This document shows positions 1 to 13,383 of a stretch of DNA of 64,000 nt, one piece after another. The stretch comes from Octopus sinensis (Eukaryota). The stretch spans positions 14,322,001 to 14,386,000 of the forward strand of contig NC_043016.1 of the NCBI RefSeq assembly GCF_006345805.1, given 5' to 3'. The notes beneath the pieces were generated by a model. The model had not been told where the DNA came from, made no database searches, and saw nothing but the letters and a program-made list of their open reading frames with translations. Each line of letters starts with the position of its first letter. Positions within the stretch are counted from its first letter, which is position 1. A program made the position numbers and the translations under genes.

Positions 1-497
1 AGAAGTCTGTCGTGTGTGTGTCATTGTGTTTGTTCCCCACCATTGCTTGGCAACCAGTGTTGGTGTGTTTGCATCCCTATAACTTAGCAGTTTGGCAAAA
101 AAAAGTCCAATAGAATAAGTACCGGGTTTAAAAATTAAGCCCTGGAGTTGATTTATTCAACTAAAAACTTTCAAAGGTGGTGTTCCAGCATGGCCACAGT
201 TCAATGACTGAAACAAGTAAAAGATAAAAGTATAAAAAATATATTACATAAATGTTAATTAACTTCTTAATTATTTCACTTTATATTGTTTTGGGAAAAT
301 ATGAAGTCAGTATCATACCATTTCCACTTTTCTAAAATTTAATGACTTAGCACCTCAGAAGAATAAAATAAACAGCTTAGCTTCTGAACTACATGGTTCC
401 AGGTTCAGTCCCTTGGGCAAGTGTCTTCTACCATAACCTCAGGCCTATCAAAAGCCTTGTGAGTAGATTTGATGGATGGAAATTGAAAGAAGCCTGT

Positions 498-547
<50 letters not shown>

Positions 548-734
548 CACCAACATCAACATCATTTAATGTCCATTTTTCATGCTGGTTTGGGTTGGAC
601 GGTTTGACAGAAGCTGGGCAGCTGAAGGGTTGTTCAGGCTCCATGTCTGTTTTGGCAGTGTTTCTGTAGCTGGATGCCCTTTCTAATGCCAACCACTTTA
701 CAGAGTGTACTGGGTGCTTTTATGCAGCATTGGA

Positions 735-1190
735 CACTAAACTCTGCTTGTGAAGACCTGTTGAGGCTAGTAAAATCAAAATCAAATTCGATGACTGGCA
801 TCCATGTTAGTGGAGTACTAAGAGCACCATCTGAGAGTGATCATTGCCAGAGCAGCTAACTGGCTTCTGTGCCGGTGGCACATAAAAAGCATCATTCGAG
901 CTTAATCGTTACCTGTGTCGCCTTACTGGCTCCTGTGCAGGTGGCACATAAAAACACCATTTGAGCGTGGCTGTTGCCAGTACTGCCTGACTGGCCCTTG
1001 TGCCAATGGCACGTAAAAGCACCCACTACACACTCGGAGTGGTTGGCGTTAGGAAGGGCATCCATCTGTAGAAACTCTGCCAGATCAGATTGGAGTCTGG
1101 TGTAGCCATCTGGTTTGCCAGTCCTCAGTCAAAATCGTCCAACCCATGCTAGCATGGAAAGCAGACGTTAAACGATGATGATGATAATGA
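735..1190 (+). mobile_element. RTE 3'-UTR-only copy. Others at ~556-720(-), 6112-6300(-), 16739-17065(-), 24330-24550(-), 32745-33280(-), 37648-37852(+), 42438-42610(-), 47892-48500(-), 51945-52243(+), 56512-56805(-), 58003-58322(-)
   Basis: All share cacccactacactc.gagtggttggcgttaggaagggcatccagc...ccaacccatgctagcatgg...(gat)n with 42040-42218. Confidence 0.85.
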
Positions 1191-1309
1191 TATATATATA
1201 TATATCTTTACACACACACACACACACACACGCACAATTGAAAGTGTATGTATATACTTGGAAAATGCCAAAACTCCTAGTCTAAAAGATATAATTTTCT
1301 TCTTTTCAG

Positions 1310-1482
1310 GAAGTCTTAACCGTTTATGTTTCATAAATGATGAAGTAACTCCTGAGAATGGTTTGAGGAATACTGGAGACTTGGTTACCACTGATCAGTC
1401 TGGGAAAATATTCTTTCTTCACAGGAAGGATGAGCAGTTGAAAAGAAATGGTAAAAGACTGAATCTCCAAGAAATAGAACAT
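1310..1482 (+). CDS. AASDH: AASDH/ACSF4 exon (adenylation domain A7-A8 region); gene starts upstream of the window
   Basis: ttttcAG acceptor at 1308-1309 and GTatga donor at 1483. Encodes (G)SLNRLCFINDEVTPENGLRNTGDLV...FFLHRKDEQLKRNGKRLNLQEIEH, resembling vertebrate AASDH as recalled (RVCFLDDE...TGDFV...FLGRKDSQIKRHGKRLN). Confidence 0.9.
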
Positions 1483-1625
1483 GTATGAATACAAATTCTT
1501 CTTCTCTTCTCTTTTTCTTTTTTGCTCTTTTATATTTCTTGAAATGAATTTTTATTTTTTGAAGTAATAAGGTTCATATTAAGAAACACAAAGACCGTTA
1601 GATTCACTTAAACATTTAAATTTAA

Positions 1626-1676
1626 TTTGTCAAAATATTTTCGTTGCTTTGGAACCGCGACCTGTTCACTGACAAA
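1626..1676 (-). ncRNA. Hammerhead-like motif with G3-C8 swapped core
   Basis: uuuguca-GUGAACA-g-gucgc[..]gcaac-GAAA-auau-UU-ugacaaa. Confidence 0.6.
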
Positions 1677-1948
1677 ATTCCGTGCTGCCTTAATAATAAT
1701 AATAATAATAATAATCAGGGAGCTGAGAAGTATATTAAGCCTTTCCTTGGTAACTCCAGTCTCCACGAACTACAAAAATAACATTGATGGGTACAACCTG
1801 TATACTAAAGAAAGCACTCCCCATCTAAAATGGAATAAATGTGGTGATAATTTTAGCACATATAGCAAAACATAAGTACCCTTGCTACTCTTGGCCACTG
1901 GAGGATACCCAGCATTAAGGCAGCTGAAATAAAGTTATAATGAAAGTA

Positions 1949-1982
<34 letters not shown>

Positions 1983-2440
1983 GAAATAATAATAATTTTT
2001 TAACTGATTGGAAGTGTTATCATGTACATTGTTTTGTCTTGGTATAAAAAATGAGTTATAGTAAATATTCTGTTCAATACCATAGATTTGCTTGTCAGGT
2101 GCTTGACCATAACCAGCTGAGCATGTCCCTTAGTGGCTGACGATATGTGCATCTCTGATCACGAGCAGAAGTAGTGGGGGAGCATCATAGCCACGTGTTG
2201 AGAGGAATTCTTTGGAGTTTGAATAATTTATTTAGCGACCCTTTGAGCATGATGGGCTTCTCAACCTGAAAATTCTAACTGGGTCCCACCTACAAGGTCA
2301 TGCACTGTTAATCTTGATATGAGATCATCATGTCGCACATATGACTGTGATGCATGTGCCTGGTATACCCTTATCAGGCATACGTCAATGTCTTTCCATA
2401 TTTTGATGTGGAAATCTTTTCTCTTATTCTATTCTTGCAG

Positions 2441-2654
2441 GTTGTTCAACAAGAAGACTTTGTGGAAAATTGCAAAGCTCTGATTTTTAATAGTTCTGTG
2501 ATATTGTTTTATATTTGTTCGAGTTGGCATAAGGAAAAGATGAATGAGTCAGAGAGAGAGCAATTACTGAAAACATCTCTTCAGAAAGAACTCTCGGCTC
2601 ATTACCAACCAGACATTTTTGTAGACACCAATTCATTTCCAATAACCTATCATG
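2441..2654 (+). CDS. AASDH: AASDH exon (C-terminal adenylation subdomain)
   Basis: ttcttgcAG acceptor, phase 0 matching the previous exon. VVQQEDFVENCKALIF...LQKELSAHYQPDIFVDTNSFPITYH(G), then GTatga donor in phase 1. Confidence 0.88.
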
Positions 2655-5279
2655 GTATGACCCTTTTTTTGTTTGTTATTTCTTCCTTTTTTTTTCTTGT
2701 GAGCACCAAACTTGCTATCATCAATCAACCTCTGATCACCTGATGGTTTGGTGGTGGTGGTGGTGGGGGGGGGGGTGCAGAAAGGAAATGGCATTTTGTC
2801 ATACTTGAAAAAATATAAAAAAACAATATAAAAATCCTTAAACTGTTGTGGGAAATATTTTTATCACTGGTTTTATTACCACTACCATCACAATCACCAT
2901 GACTACCACTTCCACCACCACCCATTACCACAACTACTACTACCACTACCATCACCACCACCACTACCACCACCATCATTGCTTCCACCACTACCATCAC
3001 CACCACATCCACCACTGTCACCAGCCGCAATAAACAAAATCTCTTAAGCCACTCTCCCGTCATTATCATTATCGTTCACAACACTATCACATCCTATTTC
3101 CTACTAACCATCATCATCACCATCAACAATGTTTCTAACATTTAAAAAAAATAAATGCCAACCCACACATTCTTAAAAACTGTTGTTGTTGTCATTGCTG
3201 TCCTCAATATTGACCTCCAGATATTTTTTTTTCTCTAAAGCTTGTCAAACTGCAAACATTCACTCTTATACATCACTCTTACCTCAGACACTTCTAGCTT
3301 TTGGTGACAACAATGTTGCTACCTTATATTTTTGCAATTTTTGTCAGTGTTTGTCTTTATAATATAATAAACCATGACTGGAAAAGTCTACCTAGGTAGG
3401 CACTTTCATTGCCTTCTCTTTTTCTAAGTAGGTTAGAATATTTTTCTATTTTCTTCATATCTCAAATATTTGGAAAAGCATTTTCTTAATGCTTAACAAT
3501 AAATTGTTTCTTTAATATTTAACATTCCTTCACACATCAGTGACTGTCTTTTATAATTCTAATCATTATTTATAACAAAGAAAATGAATTTTTCAATTCT
3601 TCTTATGTAGATAATTGATAAATTAAAGAACATTTCTATAATACACAGACTAACCATTTACAGTAATATGTGGTCAAGCCCTCAGTCAAGGGAATGCCCT
3701 TCCTCTTTCCAGGGTCATCCACCCTTGACCCAGATCTTAGTTGCTGTTCTAGCATCTCAATGCAGTAGTAACATTGACCCTGAAGCTCTGCAAGTAAAGA
3801 AGGTGGCATGGTATAGTTCTTATTGTTCATAAGCCCTAAGTTTATCAGAGATGATAGGTACTTGGTTTGCTTCACCTATTGCTCTTCCTCTTCATTTTCT
3901 ATTCATCGTCAATTTTCTCATTGAAGATGAACATGAGCATGATGGGTTTCTCAGGGGCCATGAGCTTATTCGGCAAGCACTTCAGCCATATCACATGCTT
4001 GTCCCAAGATTTGCTGTACATGAACTGCCCTCCCTTTATCATCAAGCACTTATTCATAACACTTTCAAACACCATATGTCTGATAGTGAATTCCACCACC
4101 CAGAGCTGCTCAGCATTGATCCATAATTAACCCAGTGAAGTTGTCATCGATTATATTCTAAACTTTGTTGTTGGATGGACTCAGTCATCTTGATGATGAA
4201 TATCTGCTAAAACTGTTTTTTTCCTCTTGGCTATGGACAACACATTCCTACAAGTACCCTGAACATGAAAAACCTGGCCCCGTTCATGAAGTTGGTAAGC
4301 TTCAAGTCACTATGCAGAGAGAGTGATATGTGTGTTTTGTCCCTTTTGCAGTTTGTCAATGCATTACACTTGGGTCTCCTTGTTACATCTAACTCTGAAG
4401 TATATTGTCTTTTTATCACACTACATCTATAAAAGGATCTTCCCAAAAACAACAGCTGCAGCCTCTGGCTTTTCAATGATGCATATACATTATATCATAT
4501 CGATAAAGACTTTTTACAATGCTGTTTCTATTGCATAATTCAGATTTTATTCAGCCCAGCAGCCTCTTTGCAAAACCAGTGAATTGTTTATTCACTGTTT
4601 CTATTTACTTCAGATTGGCTGAAGTGACTTCATCTCAGAGGGGGACCCAAGTGTGTGGCATTGAATAGCTTCAAAAAAGATGAAATGCACATATCATTTT
4701 CATGGTTGCTTCTGGGACAATTTCATTTTGTCTAATCTGAAGTATGTTGTGTTTTTTTTAACATACTGCATCTATAAAGAGATCTTTCTCAAGATGACCG
4801 CTGCAGCTTCTAACTTTTCAACGATATACATATGATAGGTATGTCATACGTATAAAGAAAATGAGAAGGATATGTTTCGATAAAGTTTGAAATCATAGCC
4901 ATATTATCAATAATCCATCATTCCTAGTTTTTTATTGTCACATTTAATCTAATTTATTCAAATTTAGAAATTAAAATAATTTATGTAAACCTGAGGCAAT
5001 GAGCCAGGAAAATCATTTGAACACTGGGTAAAGTGCTTAGAGGCATTTCATCTGTCTTTATGTTCTGAGTTCAAATTCCACCAAGGTTGACTTTGCCTTT
5101 CATCCTCTTGGGGTTGATAAAATAAAATAGGTACCAGTTGAGCACTGGGATTGATGTAATTGACTTACTTCCTCTCCTGAACTTGTTGGTCTGGTGCCAA
5201 AATTTGAAACCAATAAGTACAAATCTTAAAATTCCCAATTGTTCCTTAAAATATCTTTATTATTAAATTTTATCATATA

Positions 5280-5675
5280 CTAGCAGTATCGCCTGGCGTT
5301 GCTTGGGTTTGTAAGGGAAATAACTATATAAGCATTTTTAGAGATGTAAAGTATAATAGCCATCTCAATATGGCTAACCACAAATGGGTGGTGGTGTTAC
5401 TGTAGCTTTTTACGTTCTGAGATTTAATAAATTTTTAGAGAGTTACTTCCCTTATATAATAGCAAAAAAATGCATTAAAAATGGGGAAAAATGATGGTAA
5501 TTTTTTTTTTAAATCATAGACTCATCGTAGACGCGCACTAATACCCAGAAGGGCTAGATATGAATCACGACTATAAGATACCTGCTTTTGGTTAAACTGC
5601 ACCGCAAAATGTGGGAGTAGTTAGGAATCTAAATCGTAGGAGACAGACACACAACTTCACTTTTATATATAAAGA
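5280..5675 (-). mobile_element. Non-autonomous Helitron-like element
   Basis: Minus strand a|tctttatatataaaagtgaagttg...cccaagcaacgccaggcgatactgCTAG|t. Confidence 0.75.
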
Positions 5676-5798
5676 TTTCCAACAAAATTAATTTGTCCGA
5701 CATGTTTCCTCACATCTATATGAACATTACTTGACTTTGTTTAATTCATACATTCTTAATTCTTGTTAATTTAATCATTATTACAATACTTATTACAG

Positions 5799-5890
5799 GG
5801 AAATTAAATATTCCAGTTCTTTATGATATGATGAGAGACAGCAGCAGGAAACAACAACCAGTAGAAAAAATTGTTGAACAATGTTGGAAG
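5799..5890 (+). CDS. AASDH: AASDH exon (completes the A10 'HGK' motif)
   Basis: ttacAG acceptor in phase 1 gives GKLNIPVLYDMMRDSSRKQQPVEKIVEQCWK, then GTattt donor in phase 0. Restores ...ITYHGKLN across the junction. Not in the ORF track. Confidence 0.85.
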
Positions 5891-6899
5891 GTATTTCATT
5901 TAAATAAAACTTTGGTAGATAAAAACTTTTAAGCATTTTCATTTATCTGAAGATTATTTATATCCTTGCTGATAACATTCTTTGTTTTTATATTAGCTTA
6001 ATATATACACATCTGTGAATTTAGTAGAAGCAGTAGTGAGCTCAAATATATAAACTTTCTCTATTTAGTTTTATGTATATTCTGCCTTTTTTGTCTTTCT
6101 CCCCCATCATCATCCTCATCATCACTTAATGTCCATCTTCCATGTTGGCATAGATTGGATAGTTTTACTGGAGCTGGCAAAGCCAGGAGTCATATCAGGT
6201 TCCATAGTCTTTTCTGGCATGGTTTCTTCAGCTGGATGCCCTTCCTAACACCAATCACTTTATCGAGTGTACTGGGTGCTTTTTACATGGTACCTCACCA
6301 GTACTTTTTATGTGGCGCTAGCATCAGTGCTTTTTACATAGTACCAGTGCTTTTATGTGAGACCATCATCAATGCTTACATGTCACCATTCATCTATCCA
6401 TCTTCTTTGCCCACTATTCCTGGCAGGGTCCTTGGGCCCCACTTCCATAGGGTCCAGTTAGAAGCAACTGTTATTACATTTTCCAGCTGGATTCCTGAGA
6501 GTGACCAACTGAAACTATGGATATTATCTGACCGTCTCATTCTTGGTCTACCCCTTGGTCACCTGCTGATTGGTTTGGCTTGAAGAATCTATCCAGCTTT
6601 TCTTTCCTGTGACCTTCTAATCACATGTTCGCATTACTGGAGCTGTGACCTTTCAATGCAGAGAAGTGGCTGCTCAGCCTAGAGAAACAGCCTGATCTCT
6701 GAGCTACCTTAAAATTAATTTATTTATATTTAATTAACAATGCCTCTCCTGTATAATTTTGTGGTCTTGTAGTGAAATTATCAGCATTTATTCATTTGTA
6801 TGTGATCCACCATGTACATTTTCATTTGCTTCATTTTATTTTGTGAACAATAACATTAATAGTTACAGCTTTCCAGTAGACCAGTCATTGGTTCACTGG

Positions 6900-7759
6900 G
6901 ACATTGCACATTTGGATGAGTAAAGTCAATGGGCATATACGACAGAGTGTAAGGGATTTGAGACAAAAAATGGGTGTACAAGGCATCAGTGTGCAAGAGA
7001 GCAGACTGTGCTGGTATTGCCATGTTATGCATATGAATGAGGACAGCTGCATCAAGAGGTGCTGATTTCTAATTGTAGAGGTAACACATGAAAAGGTAGA
7101 CCTAGGAAGATGTGGGACAAAGTGGTGACAAAGGATCTTCAGACACTGGACCTCACAGAAGGGATGACAAGAGACTGTGACTCCAAGCAGTTTGCTGTGC
7201 TTTAGAAGACACGGCAAGCTAATTAAAAGCATGGTTGTCTTTGCATACAGGCTTATTTGTTTATTGCCCTCAAAGGGCTAAACATAGAGGGGACAAACAT
7301 GGACAGACAAAGGGATTAAGTCGATTACATTGACCCCAGTGCATAACTAGTACTTAATTTATCGATCCTGAAAGGATGAAAGGCAAAGTCGGCCTCGGTG
7401 GAATTTGAACTCAGAATGTAACGGCAGACGAAATATCGGTAAGCATTTCACCCGGTGTGCTAACGTTTTTGCCAGCTTGCGGCCTGGGATGCAGGAGACA
7501 AGCCTTTGCATACAGGCTCGTCCCTTGCAACCCTCTCCAGCTGAGCATTCCTAATCTTGTGGGCTCATGGGTGCTGGTGCCAAGTAAAAAGCACCCATAC
7601 CAGTGCTACTTAAATGCACCCCATGCTGGTGCTGCATAGAAGCACCCAGTTTTAAGTGGTTGGCATTAGGAAGGGCAGACAGACATGGAGTCCAGGCAGC
7701 TCTTTGGATGACCAGCTTCTGTCAAACAATCAAATCTATGCCAGCATGTGAAGTGAATG

Positions 7760-7796
<37 letters not shown>

Positions 7797-7797
7797 C
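6900..7797 (+). mobile_element. Old 5'-truncated RTE copy interrupted by a SINE
   Basis: ORF-end similarity at 6900-7220 and 3' UTR with (gat)n tail at ~7500-7797. Confidence 0.7.
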
Positions 7798-8269
7798 AGA
7801 AAAAGATGGTGAGGGAGAGAAAGAGAGAGCGGTATATTTATGTGTATATCTTCAGCTAATGCATCAGTGAAAAAAACAAAAAAACATGTGCTTCAATCCA
7901 AGTCTCTTGTAATATATTTTTTTTTTTGCACCGAGTTATGTACAAGCCCATGTCATTCTTGTCTTCATAAAATGCAACGGCCCTGTGAGCCAATTACTGG
8001 TCTGCTGGAAAGCTGTAACTATTATTCAGAAAATAAGATGAAGCAAATGAAAATGTATGTCGTGGGTCAGACACAAATGAATAAATGCTGATAACACAAG
8101 ACCAGTTATGCAGGAGTGACATTGTTTATTAAATATGTCAACTAATTTTAAGACGGCTCAGAGATCAGGGAGTCTCTCTGGGCTGAGCTGCCACTTCTTG
8201 GCATTGAAAGGTCACAGCTGCAGTAATGCTGATACTGCAAGCATGTGATGTGATGTGTGTGTGTGTGTG

Positions 8270-9295
8270 CATCATCATCATTTAATGTCCGCTTTCCATG
8301 CTGGCATGGGTTGGACAGTTTGACTGAAAACTGGTAAACCAGGGGGCTGCGCCAGGTTCAGATCTGATTTGGCAAGGTTTCTACGGCTGAATGCCCTTCC
8401 TAAAGCCAACCACTTTGAGAGTGTGGTGGGTGTCTTTTATGTGTCATCGTTGACCTGACACTAGCATTGGTCATGATTTCACAAGTTCTACAGATCTTCA
8501 CAAGCACAGTATATTTCCAAACAATTGAAAGGTGCTTTTAACAGGCCAGTTACACAACACTGGCATTGGCCATGACTACAATTTTAGTTTGACGTCACTG
8601 CCTCCATGAGGCCCAACGCTTGAACGGTACATTTTACGTGCCACCAGCACAGGTGCCAGTCAGATGGCACCGACATCGGCTATGACTGTGATTTCACTTG
8701 GTTAGACAAGTCTTCACAAGCACAGCTTATTGCCCAACAATTGAACAGTGATTTTTAATGAGCCAGTTATGTGACCCTGGCATTGGCTACAACAACTTAC
8801 TTGGCTTTCCGGGTCTTCTCAAGCACAGCACATCTCCAAACGTCTCAGTCGCTTGTCATTGCCTCTGTGAGGCCCAACGTTTAAAGGTCATGCTTCACCA
8901 CCTCATCACATGTCTTCCTGGGTCTACCTCTTCCACGGGTTCCCTCCACTGTTAGGGTGTGACACTTCTTCACACAGCTCTCCTCATCCATACGCAACAC
9001 ATGACCATACCAGCGCAGTCATCTCTCTTGCACACCACATCTGATGCTTCTTTAAGTCCAACTTTTGTCTCAGGAAGCTTATACCCTGTTGTTTATGCAC
9101 ACTGACATTACACATCCAGTAGAGCATACCAGCTTCATTTCTTTCAAGCCTGTGCATGTCCTCAGCAGTCACAGCCCATGTTTCACTGCTGTTTGCCCAG
9201 CCTATTCTTATTCTAGCAGCTAAGCTCTTGGAGCATCCACCCCTGCTATTGATTTGGTTACTTAGGTAATGGAAGCTATTGATTACTTCTAGTTT
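8270..9295 (-). mobile_element. 5'-truncated RTE copy (ORF end plus 3' UTR)
   Basis: SETWAVTAEDMHRLERNEA; same 3' UTR and (gat)n tail as the intact element. Confidence 0.85.
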
Positions 9296-9693
9296 TTGCA
9301 TGTTACTCTAAACTTGGTATTTAATCACTATTTTTTCCACCTTGTTTTGTGTTTATGTGCTTACTTGTGTATATGTGTATATATGTATAAGTATGGCTGT
9401 TTGGTAAGAAGTATGCTTCTCAACCACAAGGTTCGAGGTTCAGTCCCACTGCATGGCACCTTGGGCAAATGTCTTCTACTATAGCTTCAGGCCAACCAGA
9501 ATCTTGAGTGAATTTGGTATTGAGAAACTGAAAGAAGCCCACAATGTGAGCACACGTGCGTGTGTGTGTGTGGATGTGAGTGTGTGTATCTCTCTTAAAA
9601 AAATGTCCTGCGGTCGATTCATTCAAGTAAAATTCCTCAAGGTGTTTCCCCAGCATGGCTGCAGTCTGATAACTGAAACAAGTAAAAAGATAA

Positions 9694-9733
<40 letters not shown>

Positions 9734-9810
9734 AATATTAGGGAATAAATCCAAACTTACAGGGAAAAATCAGATTTAGGAATGAATCCAATTTTATAGT
9801 AAAATATTAT

Positions 9811-10270
9811 ATTATATTAAATTAGAGACAAAACCACTATTAGGCAAATCAAACAATGAAAAGCCTTAAGCCAATACATATGATTAATTTATATTATTTA
9901 AATATGTAGCAAAATTATTAAAAAAATATAATTAATATCACACTACGATCGTTCATGCCTGCTGTCTTCAAATTTTTGAGTCGCAGTCATTCATCAGGTG
10001 GTTTAAACCTCATCAAGAAAAATATTTAAACCACCTGATGAATGACTGCGACTCAAAAATTTGAAGACAGCAGGCATGAAACGATCGTAGTGTGATATTT
10101 TTTTCTCTTTTTTTTTATTATATATTAATTATATATTTATTATATATTAATTATATTTTTTTAATAATTTTGTTACATATTTAAATAATATAAATTAATC
10201 ATATGTATTGGCTTAAGTTTTTCATTGTTTGATTTGCCTAATAGTGGTTTTGTCTCTAATTTAATATAAT
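9811..10270. repeat. Long inverted repeat (arms ~9811-10007 / 10025-10270) between (AT)n tracts
   Basis: Direct reverse-complement match with a 17-nt spacer. Confidence 0.9.
10032..10092 (+). ncRNA. Minimal type I hammerhead ribozyme
   Basis: cac-CUGAUGA-aug.cugc[..]gcag.cau-GAAA-cgaucg-UA-gug. The inverted copy at ~9941-10000 lacks one A of GAAA. Confidence 0.7.
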
Positions 10271-10656
10271 ATATATATATATATATATATAAAACACTCA
10301 TTCATACATACACTTAATCATATACATTATTTACATACCTTTACAAGGCACACAACAAATAATTGTTTGTTTAGAACTCAGCATATTTTATTACACACTA
10401 ATATATATACACTCAGAATGTATACATTCATGCCAGTGTACAGGTTGTGTAGATCATAGAGTAAATGTACAATTTTATGTACAATATAAACCTATCCTTT
10501 TCTCACACATATGAGCTCAGCCCAATTCATTTTCAATTACTTAGATTAGCAACTTATTCATATATCATATAATATATTCTAATAAATGATATTTCGAAAT
10601 CTCTGTAACTGACCCTAAATATCCAACATTTTTTATATATTATGCTAATATTCTAA

Positions 10657-10870
10657 GGTGGTGAACTGACAGAGACATTAGCACACCGGGTGAAATGTTT
10701 AGTGGTATTTTGTCTGTCTCTACGTTCTGAGCTCAAATTCCGACAAGGTCGACTTTGCCTTTCATCCTTTCAGGGTTGATAAATTAAGTACCAGTTGCAT
10801 ACTGGGGTCGATCTAGTCAACTGGCTCCCTCTCCCCAAATTTTGGGGTCTTGTGCTCAGAGTAGAAAAGA
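10657..10870 (+). mobile_element. SINE family C (Nin/Deu-like central domain). Copies at 5020-5210, 7265-7480(-), 31255-31380, 54800-54915, 55030-55245(-)
   Basis: gagttcaaattcc box B followed by gcctttcatcctttc.gggt.gataaattaagtaccag. The domain name is from recall and was not searched. Confidence 0.75.
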
Positions 10871-11170
10871 TTATGTTAAAATTCTTGGAAACAACATCAG
10901 TTGATCAGCTAGAGCCCCACAGTAGTTATACACAGCATTTTATTTTTTTCATTTAGAAAGGTAAATTTTTGAATCTGTTTTCATTTTAGTGTTTAATTTC
11001 AAGAGTACAAACGAGTAAAACACTATAGTCATTACCACTGGTATGAGTTTACTTCACTTTTGCTTCAAAAATGATTTGTAATCAAAGAGTGGAATGAATG
11101 AATTAACCACATTTGATCTCTGATTTTGAAATACTTTTAAATAAACTTATTGTATCATTTTATTTTACAG

Positions 11171-11808
11171 ACCACTCTTAAAATTCACAAGAACATTCCA
11201 ATCGATACAACAGAAAGATTTCTTGCCAAAGGAGGAGATTCCTTATTAGCAATGCAATTTATTAACAGATTACAGCTTGATCTTAATTTGCAACTCAACC
11301 ATATTCTTCCTTTGGTGTTACACAACCCATACAAAGACATTCTAGACATTGTAAGAGAATCATTATCAAAATATAAACACTCTACATCTGATGAGGAAAG
11401 TAAACCTAGTGAACTAAAATTGAGCAGTGACAATTGGAAAGATATGAATAAGTCTGTGGAAAAGAAACACCTGGAAAATGTTCAAAATACGCAGCCACAT
11501 TCAACTGACAGTGTAACTTATATCAATCATAGACAGAAGAATATTATTCCAAAACTTAGCAAAGATTCTTTAGGGAAACCTGAAAATGTTAATGTTGATG
11601 ATGATAAAATATTGCCTAAAAAGAAGACAAAGACAAATAATGTATCCAATAATCATTATGGTCTCCAACCAAAAAGTGATAACATTTCTTTAGAATTTCC
11701 AAAGTTAAATTCAGTCTGCTGCCATCACAGGAAAAAAGAAGTAAATATTCGTTGGACTTACAATACTGGAAAGTGTGTGGATGCTTCACCCGTTGTGGCA
11801 CAGTTGAG
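11171..11808 (+). CDS. AASDH: AASDH exon: peptidyl-carrier domain, linker and start of PQQ-like propeller
   Basis: ttttacAG acceptor. FLAKGGDSLLAM phosphopantetheine motif (Ser codon 11240-11242), ends WTYNTGKCVDASPVVAQL, AG|GTaatt donor in phase 2. Confidence 0.92.
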
Positions 11809-12311
11809 GTAATTGTCATGAGTTATTTCGTTTAATTTTACTATTATTTTATCTCATAATTTGTTTGGCATCTATTTTGCAGTTGATTTCAGGAAGTTTT
11901 GATTTTAGCCAATATTTCTTTGACACATTCTTGTTGTTTCTGCAATGTTTTTCATGAAACATACATACATACATATATACACAGATACATGCACACACTA
12001 GTTGTAAAATGTTCAGAATATACTCATCAATTACATGGTATAGGAAAAATAAAATGTTGAAAACATGCTGAATGTTTTTAACTAATTTTATAATACAATA
12101 TCACTCACAGTTTTATATAATTTCTTAAAAAAAAATATAAAATAGTCATAGATCTTTCTCATACGTTTTCAACTCTTGTGAATTTTCAGAGTTGCTAAAT
12201 GTCTTTATATAATTTCAACATACAATATAAAGCTAAGAACAAGTATTTTCCTATGGTGCTTATGGTATTTTGTTTTATTTGGTTTGTAAGATTCTTTATG
12301 TGAATTCGAAG

Positions 12312-12558
12312 CATATTCTGTTGTGCCTGGGGAGAGTCATTCTCTTTTGGTGCCTTATAATTTAACACACTCACTAGTAAAATTTCCACTTATTTCTTTT
12401 TTATTTTACTAAAATTTTCGTTGCACTATTGAAAATGTTGCAAGACGCAATGAACATTTTAGAAAAATAAAAATAAAAAATGTGGAAATTTTACCATTGA
12501 GTTTGTTAATGTATAAGGCACCAAAAGAGACTGACTCTCCCCAAACACAACAGCTTAT
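12312..12558. repeat. Diverged inverted repeat
   Basis: ggggagagtca.tctcttttggtgccttata / tataaggcaccaaaagagactgactctcccc. Confidence 0.85.
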
Positions 12559-13260
12559 GGTATTATTATTGACAATGTTTGTAACAAGGGACATAAGTTA
12601 TGATGTCACGTCAATGAAAACACAATGCATTTGATCTGATCTGTCATTTGTTTACAAACTGTATTTCTTTATCAAACAATTTGTTGCTTTGTTGTTGAAC
12701 TTCCACAAATCAATTGTAAAATTAAATAATGTGCTTTCTCTTCAATTATATCTTTGTTGACACAGGAGAATTTTTCTAATGTACATCTCTCAAATTGGTT
12801 GATGGTGTCATATCAGTTTTCTAAAAGAGTCATGCTTGTTAGACTAATATAAAGTTCTTACCAACCTCTTCATGCTAAGATATATAATAAATTTTTGAAG
12901 AAATGTAAAAAAATTGTTATTAGTCATATGCTCCATGGTTTTGTTATTTGCATTTACTTCTACAATCTCTGTTTTTTAGTGTAGTTTTCTGCATGTAGCA
13001 TCATCATCATTTTAATGTCCACTTTTTCATGCTTAGTTGGGTTGGACAGAGTTTGTTGAGGTGAAATTCTTTTTTTAATTTTTTTATGGATGAATACCCT
13101 TCTTGTTGCTGTTTCTTACCTGTTTCCAAGCAAGGTAATGTTACCCCATGGTCAGACATGTTTTACATTGAAAACTGAATGACATCACTTACTTGACAGT
13201 GACACACATTTACAACTATCATGCAATGCCAAGGCAAGAAGACACAAACATACACATGCT

Positions 13261-13296
<36 letters not shown>

Positions 13297-13383
13297 CATA
13301 CATACATACATACATACACATATATATATATATACACACACATACATATACACACATACATACATACATACACACATACATAC

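Noticed and set aside
2725-3069. His/Thr/Val-rich ORFs
   Set aside because: Degenerate (CAC/CAT)n low-complexity intronic tract.
3636-4840. Short ORFs and a diverged internal duplication (~4385-4495 / ~4730-4830)
   Set aside because: No recognisable domain or termini; probably decayed transposon sequence.
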